DNA of 64,000 nucleotides from a virus (taxonomy: Duplodnaviria; Caudoviricetes). The stretch is from IMG/VR virus record IMGVR_UViG_651703101_000001, positions 64,001-128,000 of that record; one strand, given 5' to 3'. A program made the translations under genes and the position numbers. Below, in pieces: positions 1 to 9,783 of this stretch (position 1 is its first letter; each line of letters opens with the position of its first letter). Under the pieces are notes generated by a model, which searched no databases, was not told where the DNA came from, and worked only from the letters and a program-made list of their open reading frames with translations.

Positions 1-311
1 ATGACGATGGGTTGTTGAGCCTCCTCCCCATCGAAGAAGAAACCGACCACCCAGCTGCCGGGTAGGAGACCATGCTTGCCCCCTGTCCCTCCTAACTGTG
101 GATGAGTCGTTGGCATGGCCACATGGGCCCATGGAAGGTCCTCAGTGGGTAGTGAGTCCTTTCCTGTCTTCTCCTTCGGGTGCCACCCGACGCATCTGAC
201 TCGGACCCGGCCGGATAGTTTGGGGTCGTTAACATCTTCGACTTGACCCATGAAGAAAGTCAATGCGTCCTTTCCGAAGAAATCTGCTCTAGGTGTTGTG
301 AATGAACTCAT
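1..311 (-). CDS. gp5: Baseplate hub/tail lysozyme gp5, N-terminal part (runs off window)
   Basis: Manual translation MSSFTTPRADFFGKD...GQVEDVNDPKLSGRVRVRCVGWH...LPTEDLPWA...GSWVVGFFFDGEEAQQP is the gp5 OB-fold signature; ATGA overlap with the upstream gene. Confidence 0.9.
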   Translation of the reverse strand, partial: MSSFTTPRADFFGKDALTFFMGQVEDVNDPKLSGRVRVRCVGWHPKEKTGKDSLPTEDLPWAHVAMPTTHPQLGGTGGKHGLLPGSWVVGFFFDGEEAQQPIV

Positions 312-1579
312 GATGCTGTTTTCTTACTTGTTACGTCGTCTTGTTGAATAGTTGAGCGAATGATACTTATTTTTGTGTGTGCCGTAGCATTTGGAGTCAT
401 TCTAAAATGATGACCTACTTGTTTGACAATATATCTACCTGAGTGTTTAGTATCATATCCTCTGCTTTCGGCTGTTGCAACTTTAGGTAGTTTTAATTCT
501 ACGGTGTCACCTGCATGAATTTGAAATTGAGGAGGTAGAGTTACATAACCACTCTCATTGTCAAATGTATTTTGACCCACAATGTTTTGACTCAGATAGT
601 TTTTAGATTGATCGAATGCATTTGCAATCGCCGGAGTACAGGAATTTTCATAGATTTCATTTGTAAATGCTCTGAATAAGTATCTAGTCGGTCCCTCTGC
701 TAACTCTTTTTGTTTATCGGTCAGCATCTTATCATCTGTGTAATTAAACTCTTTATAGACACCCTTATCCAAATCCATGTTTATAAACACGTTCTTAAAT
801 GCACCAACTCTAAGTTTGGATTGAACATCTCCGATTCTAGAAAAATTATAATCAATGATACCTTTCATGGTATCACTCAAAGATAGGTTTCTGTTTTGTA
901 ATTGTTCGGTAAAAGTTCCTCCATTCTGACCAGCCTTCCCAGAAAGAATGTCTGGAATAGACGCAAATCTATGACCCTTAAGGGTTTCCCAGCAAAGAAA
1001 TCCAGTGGTTCCTTTAACTTCACCCTCCTGTGTCTTGTCATTCTCTGTAACTTTAGAAGAATTTGTTACACCATGAGTCAGTACATAACGAATAATATCT
1101 GTAGGTCTTTTGCGACTTCCTAGGAAGTTCATGGGAAGTCCATCACTAACAAACTTGTCAATCTTTCCACCAATTCTTTTTACCATCTGTTCGACAATAT
1201 CTCTAGGTGATTCATTCTTGAATCTCTCAACGACAAAGTTTCCTTCGTTTTTTCTGAGAGGAACCGAATAGAAATCGAATGTATATGTGATCTTTTGGTT
1301 CTTTACGACTCTATCTCTAAGTCCATTCAGTAATCCTTTAAACGATAGAGTTTGTTGACTTGCATTCATGAACTCTATTTCAAAAGATTCTGATCCTTCA
1401 ATCTTGTTTTTCTCGATGAAATTTGTAGAGTCTACATCTAACATTGAGATAGAACCTGTGATGGTAGGACTGTAGATATTTTCAAAGATATCTACAGATA
1501 GTGTCAATCCAATCACATCGATGTTATCAATTTTGATTGTCAGTATTTTATACTGAGTAGGGAGAGCAAAACTTGACAT
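308..1579 (-). CDS. Putative baseplate hub protein (gp27-like)
   Basis: 423-aa ORF between tape-measure-like gene and gp5; IFENIYSPTITG N-terminus and SGRYIVKQVGH C-terminal motif typical of hub proteins. Confidence 0.6.
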   Translation of the reverse strand: MSSFALPTQYKILTIKIDNIDVIGLTLSVDIFENIYSPTITGSISMLDVDSTNFIEKNKIEGSESFEIEFMNASQQTLSFKGLLNGLRDRVVKNQKITYTFDFYSVPLRKNEGNFVVERFKNESPRDIVEQMVKRIGGKIDKFVSDGLPMNFLGSRKRPTDIIRYVLTHGVTNSSKVTENDKTQEGEVKGTTGFLCWETLKGHRFASIPDILSGKAGQNGGTFTEQLQNRNLSLSDTMKGIIDYNFSRIGDVQSKLRVGAFKNVFINMDLDKGVYKEFNYTDDKMLTDKQKELAEGPTRYLFRAFTNEIYENSCTPAIANAFDQSKNYLSQNIVGQNTFDNESGYVTLPPQFQIHAGDTVELKLPKVATAESRGYDTKHSGRYIVKQVGHHFRMTPNATAHTKISIIRSTIQQDDVTSKKTAS

Positions 1580-4173
1580 CAGATGACAGAACCCATATTG
1601 AGTCTATAGAAGTATTCCGCAGCTTGAATAGAAGATGGACCATCAGGCAAGCTTGGTGGAGCAGGTTGTGATGCTGGTGCCGGAATAACAGTTGGTGATT
1701 GTTGATTTCCTCCGGCCATTACGATGATAGGACCACCTGATTTTTCAGCAATCATTTGTGCAAACTCTTCTTGTGCCTGCTTGAATCTGGTTGTATTATT
1801 CGATTGAGTTGGAGACATATTTACTAAACCTCCAGTTTGAAGCATTGTTGCATTTTTAGAGAAGGCGACATTAGCTCTTTTACTTTTTCCTGTATCAATA
1901 ATATTAGCCTCGTCGTTTCTTCTCCAGGAATTTAATCCTCCATCATGTTTTGCGAGTGTACTTCTGAAGTACCCAGAAACTGGACCATATTCTTTGCTTT
2001 GTACTCCTTGTTTTACTAATTTTGAGAGTGGCCCACCTAGGCTACCATAGTTGAATGTTTTTGACTCCAGGGCTGCCTTAACATTATCTGGAACTTTACT
2101 ATATTCTGAACTGGAAATTTCTCTAAGTAATCTTCCTCTATGTTCTTTGATGTGTTGCTCTTTAATGAATTCTGCTTCGGTCTCAGTTATTTTTTGTCCC
2201 ATCTGAACTTTTCCAGATAGTCTAAAGCCTTTAGGATAATATGTTGCACCTATTCCAATAGTTGGAATTCCAACTGCATCTTTATAAGCACTTGTTCTTA
2301 GGCCTTCATAGTTCTTTAGAAGCTTTGCAAGATTTTTGTCAAACGGTCCACCGACGGCTACTGATCCCCCGCCCCCAGAATTGTTATTATTTTCTGTACT
2401 TGGTGATGGTGTTGATGAACCTGAAGATAGACCAAACATTGCATTAAACAATGGACCAGCATTTGGGCCCATTGCATTACCGAATCCAGCAAATACTGAA
2501 GTGATTGCTTTACCAACTTCACCCAACCCTGAAAATTCTCCAGCTATAGTTGACTGGGGATCTTGTGGTGTTCCATCACTCGGGGCTGAAGGATTGTTTT
2601 CTTTATTTCCTATTCCCCAAGTCCCTAGGTCAAGTCCAGTCCCCTTTGCAAAACCTAGATGCAAGTGTTCACCGTGGCCACCAATTGGGCCCCCTTTTTT
2701 AGATTCTCCAGCAAACCATGATCCCCATGGATCATGGATGATTTGCGTTAACTTAAGTCTCTCTCTATTTGAAAAGACTTCTTCGGCCAATTTTCTAGTT
2801 CTACCTCTCCAGTCTCCGTTCCGCCAGTCAGTGACATCGATTGCCCTACCGGAATAGTGTAAACTATTTGGGCTGTGTCCGCCGACTCTGCCTTTACCTT
2901 CTGGTGAGTATTTGCTAGGTGGTCCTTTTATAAAGTTTTTATGTTCACCGACAGTGAATCCTTTTTTGATGAGTTCTATTCCAGCGGCAACAACCGCTGG
3001 AAGTCCGCCACCAGAAGAGGCCTTATCTTTTCCTTTTGTTACTACTGTTTCTTTAGCAGTATTTTGTTTGGTAACTTCTCCACCAGTTTGAAATCTAGGA
3101 ATCATAGAGTTTAACATATGATGCATAGGACTCACATCCCCCGGCGCAAATACTTTTTCTCCGGGTTCTAGGAGAGTTGGAACCAATCCACCACTCTGTA
3201 ACATCGCCGATGCATTACGGTTCATAACGAATGAACCGGGAGGAAGCATCATGGGTATTTTATCACCTGATCCAGTCCCAGGAACAGTAATAGGTCCACC
3301 ACGTTGTTTCTTTTGAACTCCTAATTCTTGTAACAATCCTGGTCTGGATGATACAAGTCTATCGATTTTGTCTTCTTTCTCTTTTATTTCTTTTGTAAGT
3401 TCGTCTATTTTTTGCTGTTTACCTTCTTGTCTTGCGTCATATAGTAAATCGTTTAATCTCTTTCTATCTCTAATAGAATGAACTATTTCCGTAAGGGCAT
3501 CAATATCTTTTTGTGTATTTTCTTTTGCGATACCTTGCAAAGCAGGAACTCCCCACATTGGGTTTCCCATCATTGCAGATCTTTTTTCTTTGATTAATTT
3601 GGTTGCCTCTAGAGTTGAAACGTTTCTAGATTGTCCACCACCAGTCGCTTTGTCTGTAAATTTGTTGACTTTATTTCCTTGTCTTTCGAGCCATGGCTTT
3701 ACTTGTTTATCGATGATATTTTTATTCAGCCATTCTCCCAATTTCCAACCTACCAAGGCGGAGGCAACTACAGCAAAAATAGGACCACCTACCTTAAATA
3801 GTGCTCCCATTCCTTTTGTAATCACTGCACCTAGTGCACCACCAGCCGCGAGAAGACCAGCGAATGCTTTACCAATTACCGGTCCAGCCGCTGTAATTGC
3901 GGGCCCAATGTTTTTTAACAGACCGGCTAAGAAACTTTCTTTTTTCTCTTCTTTTTTCTTTCCTTTGAGTTCTTTGAGAATATCATCAAGAATATTTCTT
4001 TCTTTTTCTTTTGTTTTGTTTGCCTGCTCTGTTGCCTTCTTTTCTCGGATATCTCTTTTGTTCTTATCTATTTCTAACTTATAGATTTTCTCCAAAGTAG
4101 CATCAATCGATTGAATACTCTTCTTGGTATTCACATCTACTTTAAGAATTCCAGATAATACACTTGAAGCCAT
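1579..4173 (-). CDS. Tape-measure-like tail protein with M15-like peptidase and GH24 lysozyme domains
   Basis: 864 aa; coiled-coil and hydrophobic N-terminus, QxGG repeats, HSPNSLHYSGRAID...HGEHLH, YEGLRTSAYKDAVGIPTIGIG. Confidence 0.7.
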   Translation of the reverse strand: MASSVLSGILKVDVNTKKSIQSIDATLEKIYKLEIDKNKRDIREKKATEQANKTKEKERNILDDILKELKGKKKEEKKESFLAGLLKNIGPAITAAGPVIGKAFAGLLAAGGALGAVITKGMGALFKVGGPIFAVVASALVGWKLGEWLNKNIIDKQVKPWLERQGNKVNKFTDKATGGGQSRNVSTLEATKLIKEKRSAMMGNPMWGVPALQGIAKENTQKDIDALTEIVHSIRDRKRLNDLLYDARQEGKQQKIDELTKEIKEKEDKIDRLVSSRPGLLQELGVQKKQRGGPITVPGTGSGDKIPMMLPPGSFVMNRNASAMLQSGGLVPTLLEPGEKVFAPGDVSPMHHMLNSMIPRFQTGGEVTKQNTAKETVVTKGKDKASSGGGLPAVVAAGIELIKKGFTVGEHKNFIKGPPSKYSPEGKGRVGGHSPNSLHYSGRAIDVTDWRNGDWRGRTRKLAEEVFSNRERLKLTQIIHDPWGSWFAGESKKGGPIGGHGEHLHLGFAKGTGLDLGTWGIGNKENNPSAPSDGTPQDPQSTIAGEFSGLGEVGKAITSVFAGFGNAMGPNAGPLFNAMFGLSSGSSTPSPSTENNNNSGGGGSVAVGGPFDKNLAKLLKNYEGLRTSAYKDAVGIPTIGIGATYYPKGFRLSGKVQMGQKITETEAEFIKEQHIKEHRGRLLREISSSEYSKVPDNVKAALESKTFNYGSLGGPLSKLVKQGVQSKEYGPVSGYFRSTLAKHDGGLNSWRRNDEANIIDTGKSKRANVAFSKNATMLQTGGLVNMSPTQSNNTTRFKQAQEEFAQMIAEKSGGPIIVMAGGNQQSPTVIPAPASQPAPPSLPDGPSSIQAAEYFYRLNMGSVI

Positions 4174-4191
4174 GTAATTACTACTTTCTTT

Positions 4192-4199
4192 TATTTATA
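4192..4199 (-). promoter_or_regulatory. T4-type late promoter TATAAATA
   Basis: Exact consensus 18 nt upstream of the tape-measure start. Confidence 0.8.
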
Positions 4200-4204
4200 G
4201 GGTA

Positions 4205-4387
4205 TTACCCAGCCTTCTGTCTTCTTTGAAGTTCCAGAGTTTCAATATAGTTAGATATTAGTGAGCTCATGACATCTAATTCCCACGGAAATAGATCTTC
4301 TATTTCCGTGATTGTCCAGCCATGATATTGGCGAATAGAGAATATGCGTTCGTAATAGTTCATGATGTTGTTATGCATCATGGCCAT
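4205..4387 (-). CDS. gp51: Baseplate hub assembly catalyst gp51
   Basis: YY...QYHGWTITEIEDLFPWE motif; adjacent to gp26. Confidence 0.85.
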   Translation of the reverse strand: MAMMHNNIMNYYERIFSIRQYHGWTITEIEDLFPWELDVMSSLISNYIETLELQRRQKAG

Positions 4388-5091
4388 TAGAAAAAATCCT
4401 GCAACCCCTCCAGTACAACATTAAAACTTTCTTTTGTGTTTGGATTCTTCAGAGTGATTTTGTGTTTTAGAGCAGGCATGGTCTCAAAGAACTTGAGAAT
4501 TTTTGAAACATCTTCACTACTTAAATCACTTACCCACGTATCCAATTCGTCTTCACTTAAGTCTGCACGGTTGAATACTTCTTCTCCAATAATAATTTGA
4601 CTTACACAATCACGAATAGCATTAGAAGTATTGACAATTCCTTCTAGAGATAGACCTTCTGCAAAGTATTTGAGGCCGGGATAGTTTAGTTTGACAGCTG
4701 TATTTTCGTCTAATGTGATAAGAGCGGTATGATCTTTTGTTGTCTGTAGTTGAATTTTATCGATGTTGATCTCATGATCAACTGAGTATGTTGGATCTTT
4801 TGGATCGGTGATTCGTACTTTTACTTTTTCTCCTGCAGACTTTGCTCTACACTTTAGGAACAAAAGTTGCAGATCAAATAGAGGAAGTTCTTCGATCTTA
4901 ATGCCTGTAGGATGAGTAACACAATTGGTCAGAATATTAGCAATTGCGTTGGTGATTTCGTCTGTATCTTTTGTTTCGGCCGCCAGAACTAAAACTTTTT
5001 CTTCTCTGACAGTGAAGGGTACGAATTTGACTTTCTCTCCGCTACTTAATGTTGTTGTATATTCTGGACGGATCTTGCGTGGTAGTGTCAT
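4387..5091 (-). CDS. gp26: Baseplate hub subunit gp26
   Basis: LP..PEY..TLSSGEKVKFVPFTVREEKVL, FDLQLLFLKCRAKSAGE, LEGLQDFF. Confidence 0.9.
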   Translation of the reverse strand: MTLPRKIRPEYTTTLSSGEKVKFVPFTVREEKVLVLAAETKDTDEITNAIANILTNCVTHPTGIKIEELPLFDLQLLFLKCRAKSAGEKVKVRITDPKDPTYSVDHEINIDKIQLQTTKDHTALITLDENTAVKLNYPGLKYFAEGLSLEGIVNTSNAIRDCVSQIIIGEEVFNRADLSEDELDTWVSDLSSEDVSKILKFFETMPALKHKITLKNPNTKESFNVVLEGLQDFF

Positions 5092-5122
5092 AACAAATGT
5101 ATGATGTAGGTTATAAGACTAT

Positions 5123-5568
5123 TTATCTACCAAATATGTCATCCTCTGTCATGATACGGAAGTTCCATCCTTTTGTTGAACAGTATTTTCTAGCGGCTTC
5201 CCATTTAGCCTGATTCGTGATGTACGTTTTGACTCTAGTTGCCCAGCTCTTTGTTTTCTTTTTGGATTCTCCGGCGGCCCGTCCACTTCAGACTTTGGTT
5301 TTACCTCGATCATTTCTACTACAATTTCTCCCTTACTATTCTTGAATTTCACAACAAAGTCTGGAAAGTATCTTCTATTCTTTTTGGTGATTGGATCATA
5401 ATATACAACAAACTTTTCTTCGGATTGCCAACTCTGAACTTCTTCTCTTAGATCTAGATAGTTCATTACTGTCATTTCCCATGAAGAACGATAGATTATA
5501 TTGGAACTGTCTCCAATATACTTATGTGGATTTTTTGGTTTAAATTTTCCTTGGAGATGTTTAGACAC
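5123..5568 (-). CDS. gp4: Head completion nuclease gp4 (apparent frameshift at ~5254-5257)
   Basis: QGKFKPKNPHKY..IIYRSSWE..YFPDF..EVKP; adding one A restores the canonical NQAKWEAARKYC..GWNFRIMTEDD end with stop at 5123. Confidence 0.88.
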
Positions 5569-5570
5569 CT

Positions 5571-5598
5571 TATAAATAACTCAATAGGTGTATTTATC
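5571..5598. promoter_or_regulatory. Closely spaced opposing late promoters (TATAAATA on +, GATAAATA on -)
   Basis: tataaata at 5571-5578 and tatttatc at 5591-5598, between divergent structural genes. Confidence 0.7.
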
Positions 5599-5602
5599 AA
5601 GA

Positions 5603-6223
5603 ATGTCATACAATAGAGCTATAGCTTTAATGGAAAAAAGTGTCTCACGTCAGACACTTTATTCTGTGCGTATTGGTGGTGGTAAAGTAAGTGATGAAGT
5701 CAATAGTTATCTAGATTTCTTTTGTTCTACTACAGCAATTCCTAGTGTTTCTCTACAAACCTTGGCCGCAGTCGGTCAGGAACATCAGGGTATTGTTAGA
5801 GAGACACCGGGTGCACTGATATTCTCTAAACCTTTCAGTATGCAAATTATTGAGAACAGTGACTATCTGACATATACTGCACTTCGTAATTGGTTAAATG
5901 AAGTAAGTCCCAATGCAAATCAAGCACTTCGGCCGGGATCTGCTGGGAGAAGTATTCGTATGAATTACTACAATTCTATTATATCAAATATAGAATTGAC
6001 AAAACTTGAATTTCCAGATGAAGAAAATCAGACTTACCAAGGTGCTGATTTAAATAAGTATTACAAGACACCTCTAAAAATTAACCTGATCAACGCGTAT
6101 CCAATTGCAATTGGTGAGATTAATCTTCAATCATCTGCAGCAGATCAATTGGTATATTGGGATGCACAGTTTACATATGAAAGTTATACTATCGTTAACG
6201 GACTTGATTTACTTAGGCTATGA
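5603..6223 (+). CDS. Tail tube-like / baseplate-tail tube initiator (gp19/gp54-like)
   Basis: INLINAYPIAIGEINL...AQFTYE tube-fold motif; ATG at 5603 follows the late promoter. Confidence 0.65.
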   Translation: MSYNRAIALMEKSVSRQTLYSVRIGGGKVSDEVNSYLDFFCSTTAIPSVSLQTLAAVGQEHQGIVRETPGALIFSKPFSMQIIENSDYLTYTALRNWLNEVSPNANQALRPGSAGRSIRMNYYNSIISNIELTKLEFPDEENQTYQGADLNKYYKTPLKINLINAYPIAIGEINLQSSAADQLVYWDAQFTYESYTIVNGLDLLRL

Positions 6224-6561
6224 ACAGACTTGAAAAGCTTAAGCTTAAGATGGTCGGTAAATCTCCTGAATATTGTATGTCATTGTTATTGCCCAAACTC
6301 ACAGACATTACAATTGTACCAGAACCCGATAAATACTATGTGTTTGTTTATAAGGCAAAAACTCCAGGTATTCAATATGATCAACATCCTTTTATTGTCT
6401 GTACTTCTATATTTCCTTGGGGATTTATTGGCTTTAACTATCACTGGGAAGCATACAGACAATACACTTGGGGTGAAGTTCTCACCAATTTACATCAAGT
6501 GAAACAAGAAGAGGTCGAAACTGTAATGGGTTTTCCACTAGCGAGATTTAAAATATCATGA
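6220..6561 (+). CDS. gp2: DNA end protector gp2-like
   Basis: YYVFVYKAKTPGIQYDQHP...GFIGFNYHW..YTW motif. Confidence 0.7.
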   Translation: MNRLEKLKLKMVGKSPEYCMSLLLPKLTDITIVPEPDKYYVFVYKAKTPGIQYDQHPFIVCTSIFPWGFIGFNYHWEAYRQYTWGEVLTNLHQVKQEEVETVMGFPLARFKIS

Positions 6562-7406
6562 GTATACTTAAGTATCCACTTGAGCTCAATCAACAAGAAT
6601 CTGATTATGTTATTTTTCGTTCGTTTGAATATAGAACGAATTCGATTAATCTTGCGAATAATGGAAGTCAGGGTGGTGCATCAGGACCAGCAGTTGGGGA
6701 TACCATTACTCTTTTTATGCCTACATCAACACCGGCCATGACAAATGTTAATGGTTGGGCCCAAGATTCTGCAGTGGGTCCTTTGGGAGAGCTCTCCCGT
6801 AGTCTACAGGTTAGTGCTGCAAATGCGGTTATGGAGATTGGCGAATCTGGATTCTTAGAGAATACCGTTAGTGGAATCGTGGCCCAATTTGACAGTCTTA
6901 AAAGTAAAGGCCTCCCTGCCCTTCGTCAAGCCGGTATTAATAAAGTTGCTGGATTTACCGGAAGAAGCGCAAATCAACTTTTGGCCATGGGTAAGGGTAA
7001 GATATACAATCCTAATGTTGAACTCTTGTATGATGGTCCAGGCCTGAGAGCATTTGATTTTACTTTTATCTTCGCACCAAAGAGTAAGAAGGAAGCTGAT
7101 ATTGTCAACAAGATTATTCTAGAATTTAAGAAGTGGTCGTCTCCAAATCCTAAAGATGGTTTGTTTGAAGTTCCTGCAGTTTGGCAAATTGATTATATGG
7201 TAGGTAATTCTCGTAACAAAAATATGAATGCATTCAAGAGATCTGCTCTGACGAATGTTTCGACTCAGGACAATAGCACTTTGGATATGCACATGTCCTA
7301 TCCTGATGGTATGCCAATTACAACTACAATGACTCTATCGTTTAGTGAAGTCGATATCATCACTCGTAAGGATCATTTGGAATCTGGAACCAATAGAGGA
7401 TACTAA
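6558..7406 (+). CDS. gp48: Baseplate tail tube cap gp48
   Basis: LKYP.., NPNVELLYDGPGLRAFDFTFIFAPKSKKEA, LSFSEVDIITR. Confidence 0.9.
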   Translation: MSILKYPLELNQQESDYVIFRSFEYRTNSINLANNGSQGGASGPAVGDTITLFMPTSTPAMTNVNGWAQDSAVGPLGELSRSLQVSAANAVMEIGESGFLENTVSGIVAQFDSLKSKGLPALRQAGINKVAGFTGRSANQLLAMGKGKIYNPNVELLYDGPGLRAFDFTFIFAPKSKKEADIVNKIILEFKKWSSPNPKDGLFEVPAVWQIDYMVGNSRNKNMNAFKRSALTNVSTQDNSTLDMHMSYPDGMPITTTMTLSFSEVDIITRKDHLESGTNRGY

Positions 7407-8062
7407 TGTCATTTCCAAGATATTTTCAAGAGTTTAATAACATTAAGTATGCAGTCTCAACCAATAAGGCTGGCATACCTAGTTACATCAACATCAAAAA
7501 TTATTTTCATCTTGCTCGTTTGAGGGATGATATCTTTAAAGAGGATACTCTGTATACACAATACTATGTGCGAAATGGAGAAAGGCCAGAAAATATATCC
7601 TACGAATTGTACGGGGATGAGCAATATTATTGGATTCTTCTACAGATTAATGACATTGTAGACTACTACAATCAGTGGCCATTATCTTCTACAGAATTAG
7701 AAAAACATATTGTCAAGAAATATGGAAGTTGGACTGCTGCAGAACTTCCCCATCATTGGGAAACTGTAGAGACATTTGATGACAATGGAAATTTGGTGGT
7801 GCCGGGCGGAATCACAGTGAATCAAAATTTCGTATATGTGTATCCCAATACACCAGGCAGTGGTATTGATGTTGTTGAGAAAAGTTCATTTCCAAGATCT
7901 GTAAGTAATGCAGAATATGAACAGAGACTCAATGAGGAGAAAAGTAATATTGTTATTTTAAAAGAAGAATATATTATTGATTATGTTCGTGAGACTAATT
8001 TACTTTCTCGTAGAGTGGAAGCAAAGAGTAGTTCTGTAAGTATTTCAGATAATTTTAGATAA
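7406..8062 (+). CDS. gp53: Baseplate wedge subunit gp53
   Basis: YYVRNGERPENISYELYGDEQYYWILLQINDIVDYYNQWP motif. Confidence 0.9.
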   Translation: MSFPRYFQEFNNIKYAVSTNKAGIPSYINIKNYFHLARLRDDIFKEDTLYTQYYVRNGERPENISYELYGDEQYYWILLQINDIVDYYNQWPLSSTELEKHIVKKYGSWTAAELPHHWETVETFDDNGNLVVPGGITVNQNFVYVYPNTPGSGIDVVEKSSFPRSVSNAEYEQRLNEEKSNIVILKEEYIIDYVRETNLLSRRVEAKSSSVSISDNFR

Positions 8063-8063
8063 T

Positions 8064-8092
8064 AAAAAGGGGAGCTTAAAGCTCCCCACTTT
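8064..8092. terminator. Intrinsic terminator between convergent gp53 and gp32
   Basis: aaaaaggggagc-ttaaa-gctcccc hairpin with a U-tract on the minus strand. Confidence 0.8.
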
Positions 8093-8093
8093 G

Positions 8094-8999
8094 TCATTCA
8101 GCTGACAGTTTCTTGAAGTAGTCCATTACATCTTCTTCGTCACCATCCTCACCTTCGACATATTCTGGTTCCGGTTGACTTTCATCAACAGGATCAGGAA
8201 CGTTATTAAAGGTTGGTTTCTTGGCAACTACCTTTTCTGGTGTTGGGGTAGATGAACCTGTAGAAGTTGTACGGCCAAGAGCACGATCTAGTTGCTTCTT
8301 CAGTTCGTCGTAAGACTTGAACTGTTCGGGAGCAGTAAGAGGAAGTAGTGCATATTGACGTTTCCAAATAGACTCCAATTGAGCATCATCAAAACTACAA
8401 AGTACAGATGGTGCATCGAATGCACTAGAGTCATAGTTGGGGTATCCTTCGACTTTCTTCACACGAAGTTTGAAGTCGGCACCTTCCCAAAGGTCAAATG
8501 GGTTGAAACCAGCACGTTTCTCAAGTTCATCACCATTGACAGCATCCATGATCTTATCATAGATTTTCTTACCGTAACGGAAGAGGAACACTTTACCTTC
8601 ATTATCTGGATTGGCTGGATCTGAGATAATGTATACGTTGGAGTAGTAATTGAGTTTACGCTTTTGCTTACTTGCTTGTTTCTTGAGATCTTCGTCACCA
8701 CTATTCCACAGCTCACGATTGAGTTCTGCAATAGGGTCTTGTTGGCCAAGGGTGGTCAAACTGTTTTCGATATACCAACCACCAGGGCCCTGGAAGCCAT
8801 GAGTGTAAAGTTTATTGAAAGGTAGATCTTCTCCATCAGTAGGAGGAAGGAAACGAATGACTGCAAAGCCGTTACCTGCTTTGTCTCGTTCTGGTGCCCA
8901 GATCCGCTCATCCTTAGTACCGAAAGATGTTTCACTTTCAAGTTTCTTTTGGAGTTCTGCGAGAGTGGACTTTTTATTTTTAAGGTCTTTGAAATTCAT
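8094..8999 (-). CDS. gp32: Single-stranded DNA binding protein gp32
   Basis: DKAGNGFAVIRFLP, GPGGWYIENSLTT, PFDLWEGADFKL, acidic tail ending DYFKKL. Confidence 0.97.
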   Translation of the reverse strand: MNFKDLKNKKSTLAELQKKLESETSFGTKDERIWAPERDKAGNGFAVIRFLPPTDGEDLPFNKLYTHGFQGPGGWYIENSLTTLGQQDPIAELNRELWNSGDEDLKKQASKQKRKLNYYSNVYIISDPANPDNEGKVFLFRYGKKIYDKIMDAVNGDELEKRAGFNPFDLWEGADFKLRVKKVEGYPNYDSSAFDAPSVLCSFDDAQLESIWKRQYALLPLTAPEQFKSYDELKKQLDRALGRTTSTGSSTPTPEKVVAKKPTFNNVPDPVDESQPEPEYVEGEDGDEEDVMDYFKKLSAE

Positions 9000-9091
9000 T
9001 TTAGTATTCTGGATACGGAGTGTGTTGAGTGCAGTTTAATGTCTTGCTTAGGACACTACTATTTAGTAGTGTACAGAGCTCTGTACACTAT

Positions 9092-9247
9092 CTACCATCC
9101 CAAATCTTCGTTAACTTGATCACCAAATTGATACCAAAGTAGTGCCTCTTGTAGTTTAGTTCTTGTGATGCTTCTTTCCCTGGTGGATTCCAAAAGGGCG
9201 AGGGTTTCTAGTGCGGTCTCGATACCACAAATGACTGCGTCTTTCAT
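9092..9247 (-). CDS. 51-aa protein, Acb2/Tad1-hairpin-like (not in ORF track)
   Basis: MKDAVICGIETALETLALLESTRERSITRTKLQEALLWYQFGDQVNEDLGW; ATGA-coupled to the upstream ORF. Confidence 0.55.
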   Translation of the reverse strand: MKDAVICGIETALETLALLESTRERSITRTKLQEALLWYQFGDQVNEDLGW

Positions 9248-9429
9248 GAGTTATTCTGTAAATTTTTAATCTTTAATTCTGTTTGATACTTGATAAATTG
9301 CATATCACATATTTCTGGCTTAAGTTTACATTGTATCATTCCCTCGTCAAAAGAACGATTAGCGATAACACCTGCAATAGGAATTCCTATCACAAGCGTC
9401 ACAAATATACCAACTATAAAGCTTCCCAT
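9244..9429 (-). CDS. Small membrane protein
   Basis: N-terminal hydrophobic helix; packed in operon. Confidence 0.6.
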   Translation of the reverse strand: MGSFIVGIFVTLVIGIPIAGVIANRSFDEGMIQCKLKPEICDMQFIKYQTELKIKNLQNNS

Positions 9430-9430
9430 A

Positions 9431-9619
9431 TTAATTTTCCTTCTTAAGTTTTTCGATTTCTCTAACCCTTTCTAGAATCTCGACAACCTCTGGGTGTGTG
9501 GTTCCGTCTTCATTTGCAAATTTATTATCAATAAGGAACTGTCTCAGTTCCTCATCTTCCCACATAGGTTTCATTAATTCGTCGTGATATTCTGGTGTAA
9601 ACTTGGATTCTTCATTCAT
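9431..9619 (-). CDS. Hypothetical protein
   Basis: 62-aa ORF tightly packed in operon. Confidence 0.6.
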   Translation of the reverse strand: MNEESKFTPEYHDELMKPMWEDEELRQFLIDNKFANEDGTTHPEVVEILERVREIEKLKKEN

Positions 9620-9783
9620 AGGAATTTCTTAATGAGCTCTTGGACAATACGTTTGGTTCTATTTCTAGGGAGGTTTCCCTCGTCTACATAAAATACTTTT
9701 CTCTTTGAATTATCTCCATCCCCAAAGATATAAAGAGCTCCATTTGTTGGTAAGTCTATAGTTTCATCTGGAAGGCAAATCAT
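9616..9783 (-). CDS. 55-aa protein with portal (gp20)-like segment (not in ORF track)
   Basis: MICLPDETIDLPTNGALYIFGDGDNSKRKVFYVDEGNLPRNRTKRIVQELIKKFL; ATGA overlaps at both ends. Confidence 0.6.
   Translation of the reverse strand: MICLPDETIDLPTNGALYIFGDGDNSKRKVFYVDEGNLPRNRTKRIVQELIKKFL

Noticed and set aside
9000-9060. T4-like gene 32 autoregulatory pseudoknot
   Set aside because: Only a 4-5 bp stem and a 3-bp possible second helix; too weak to call
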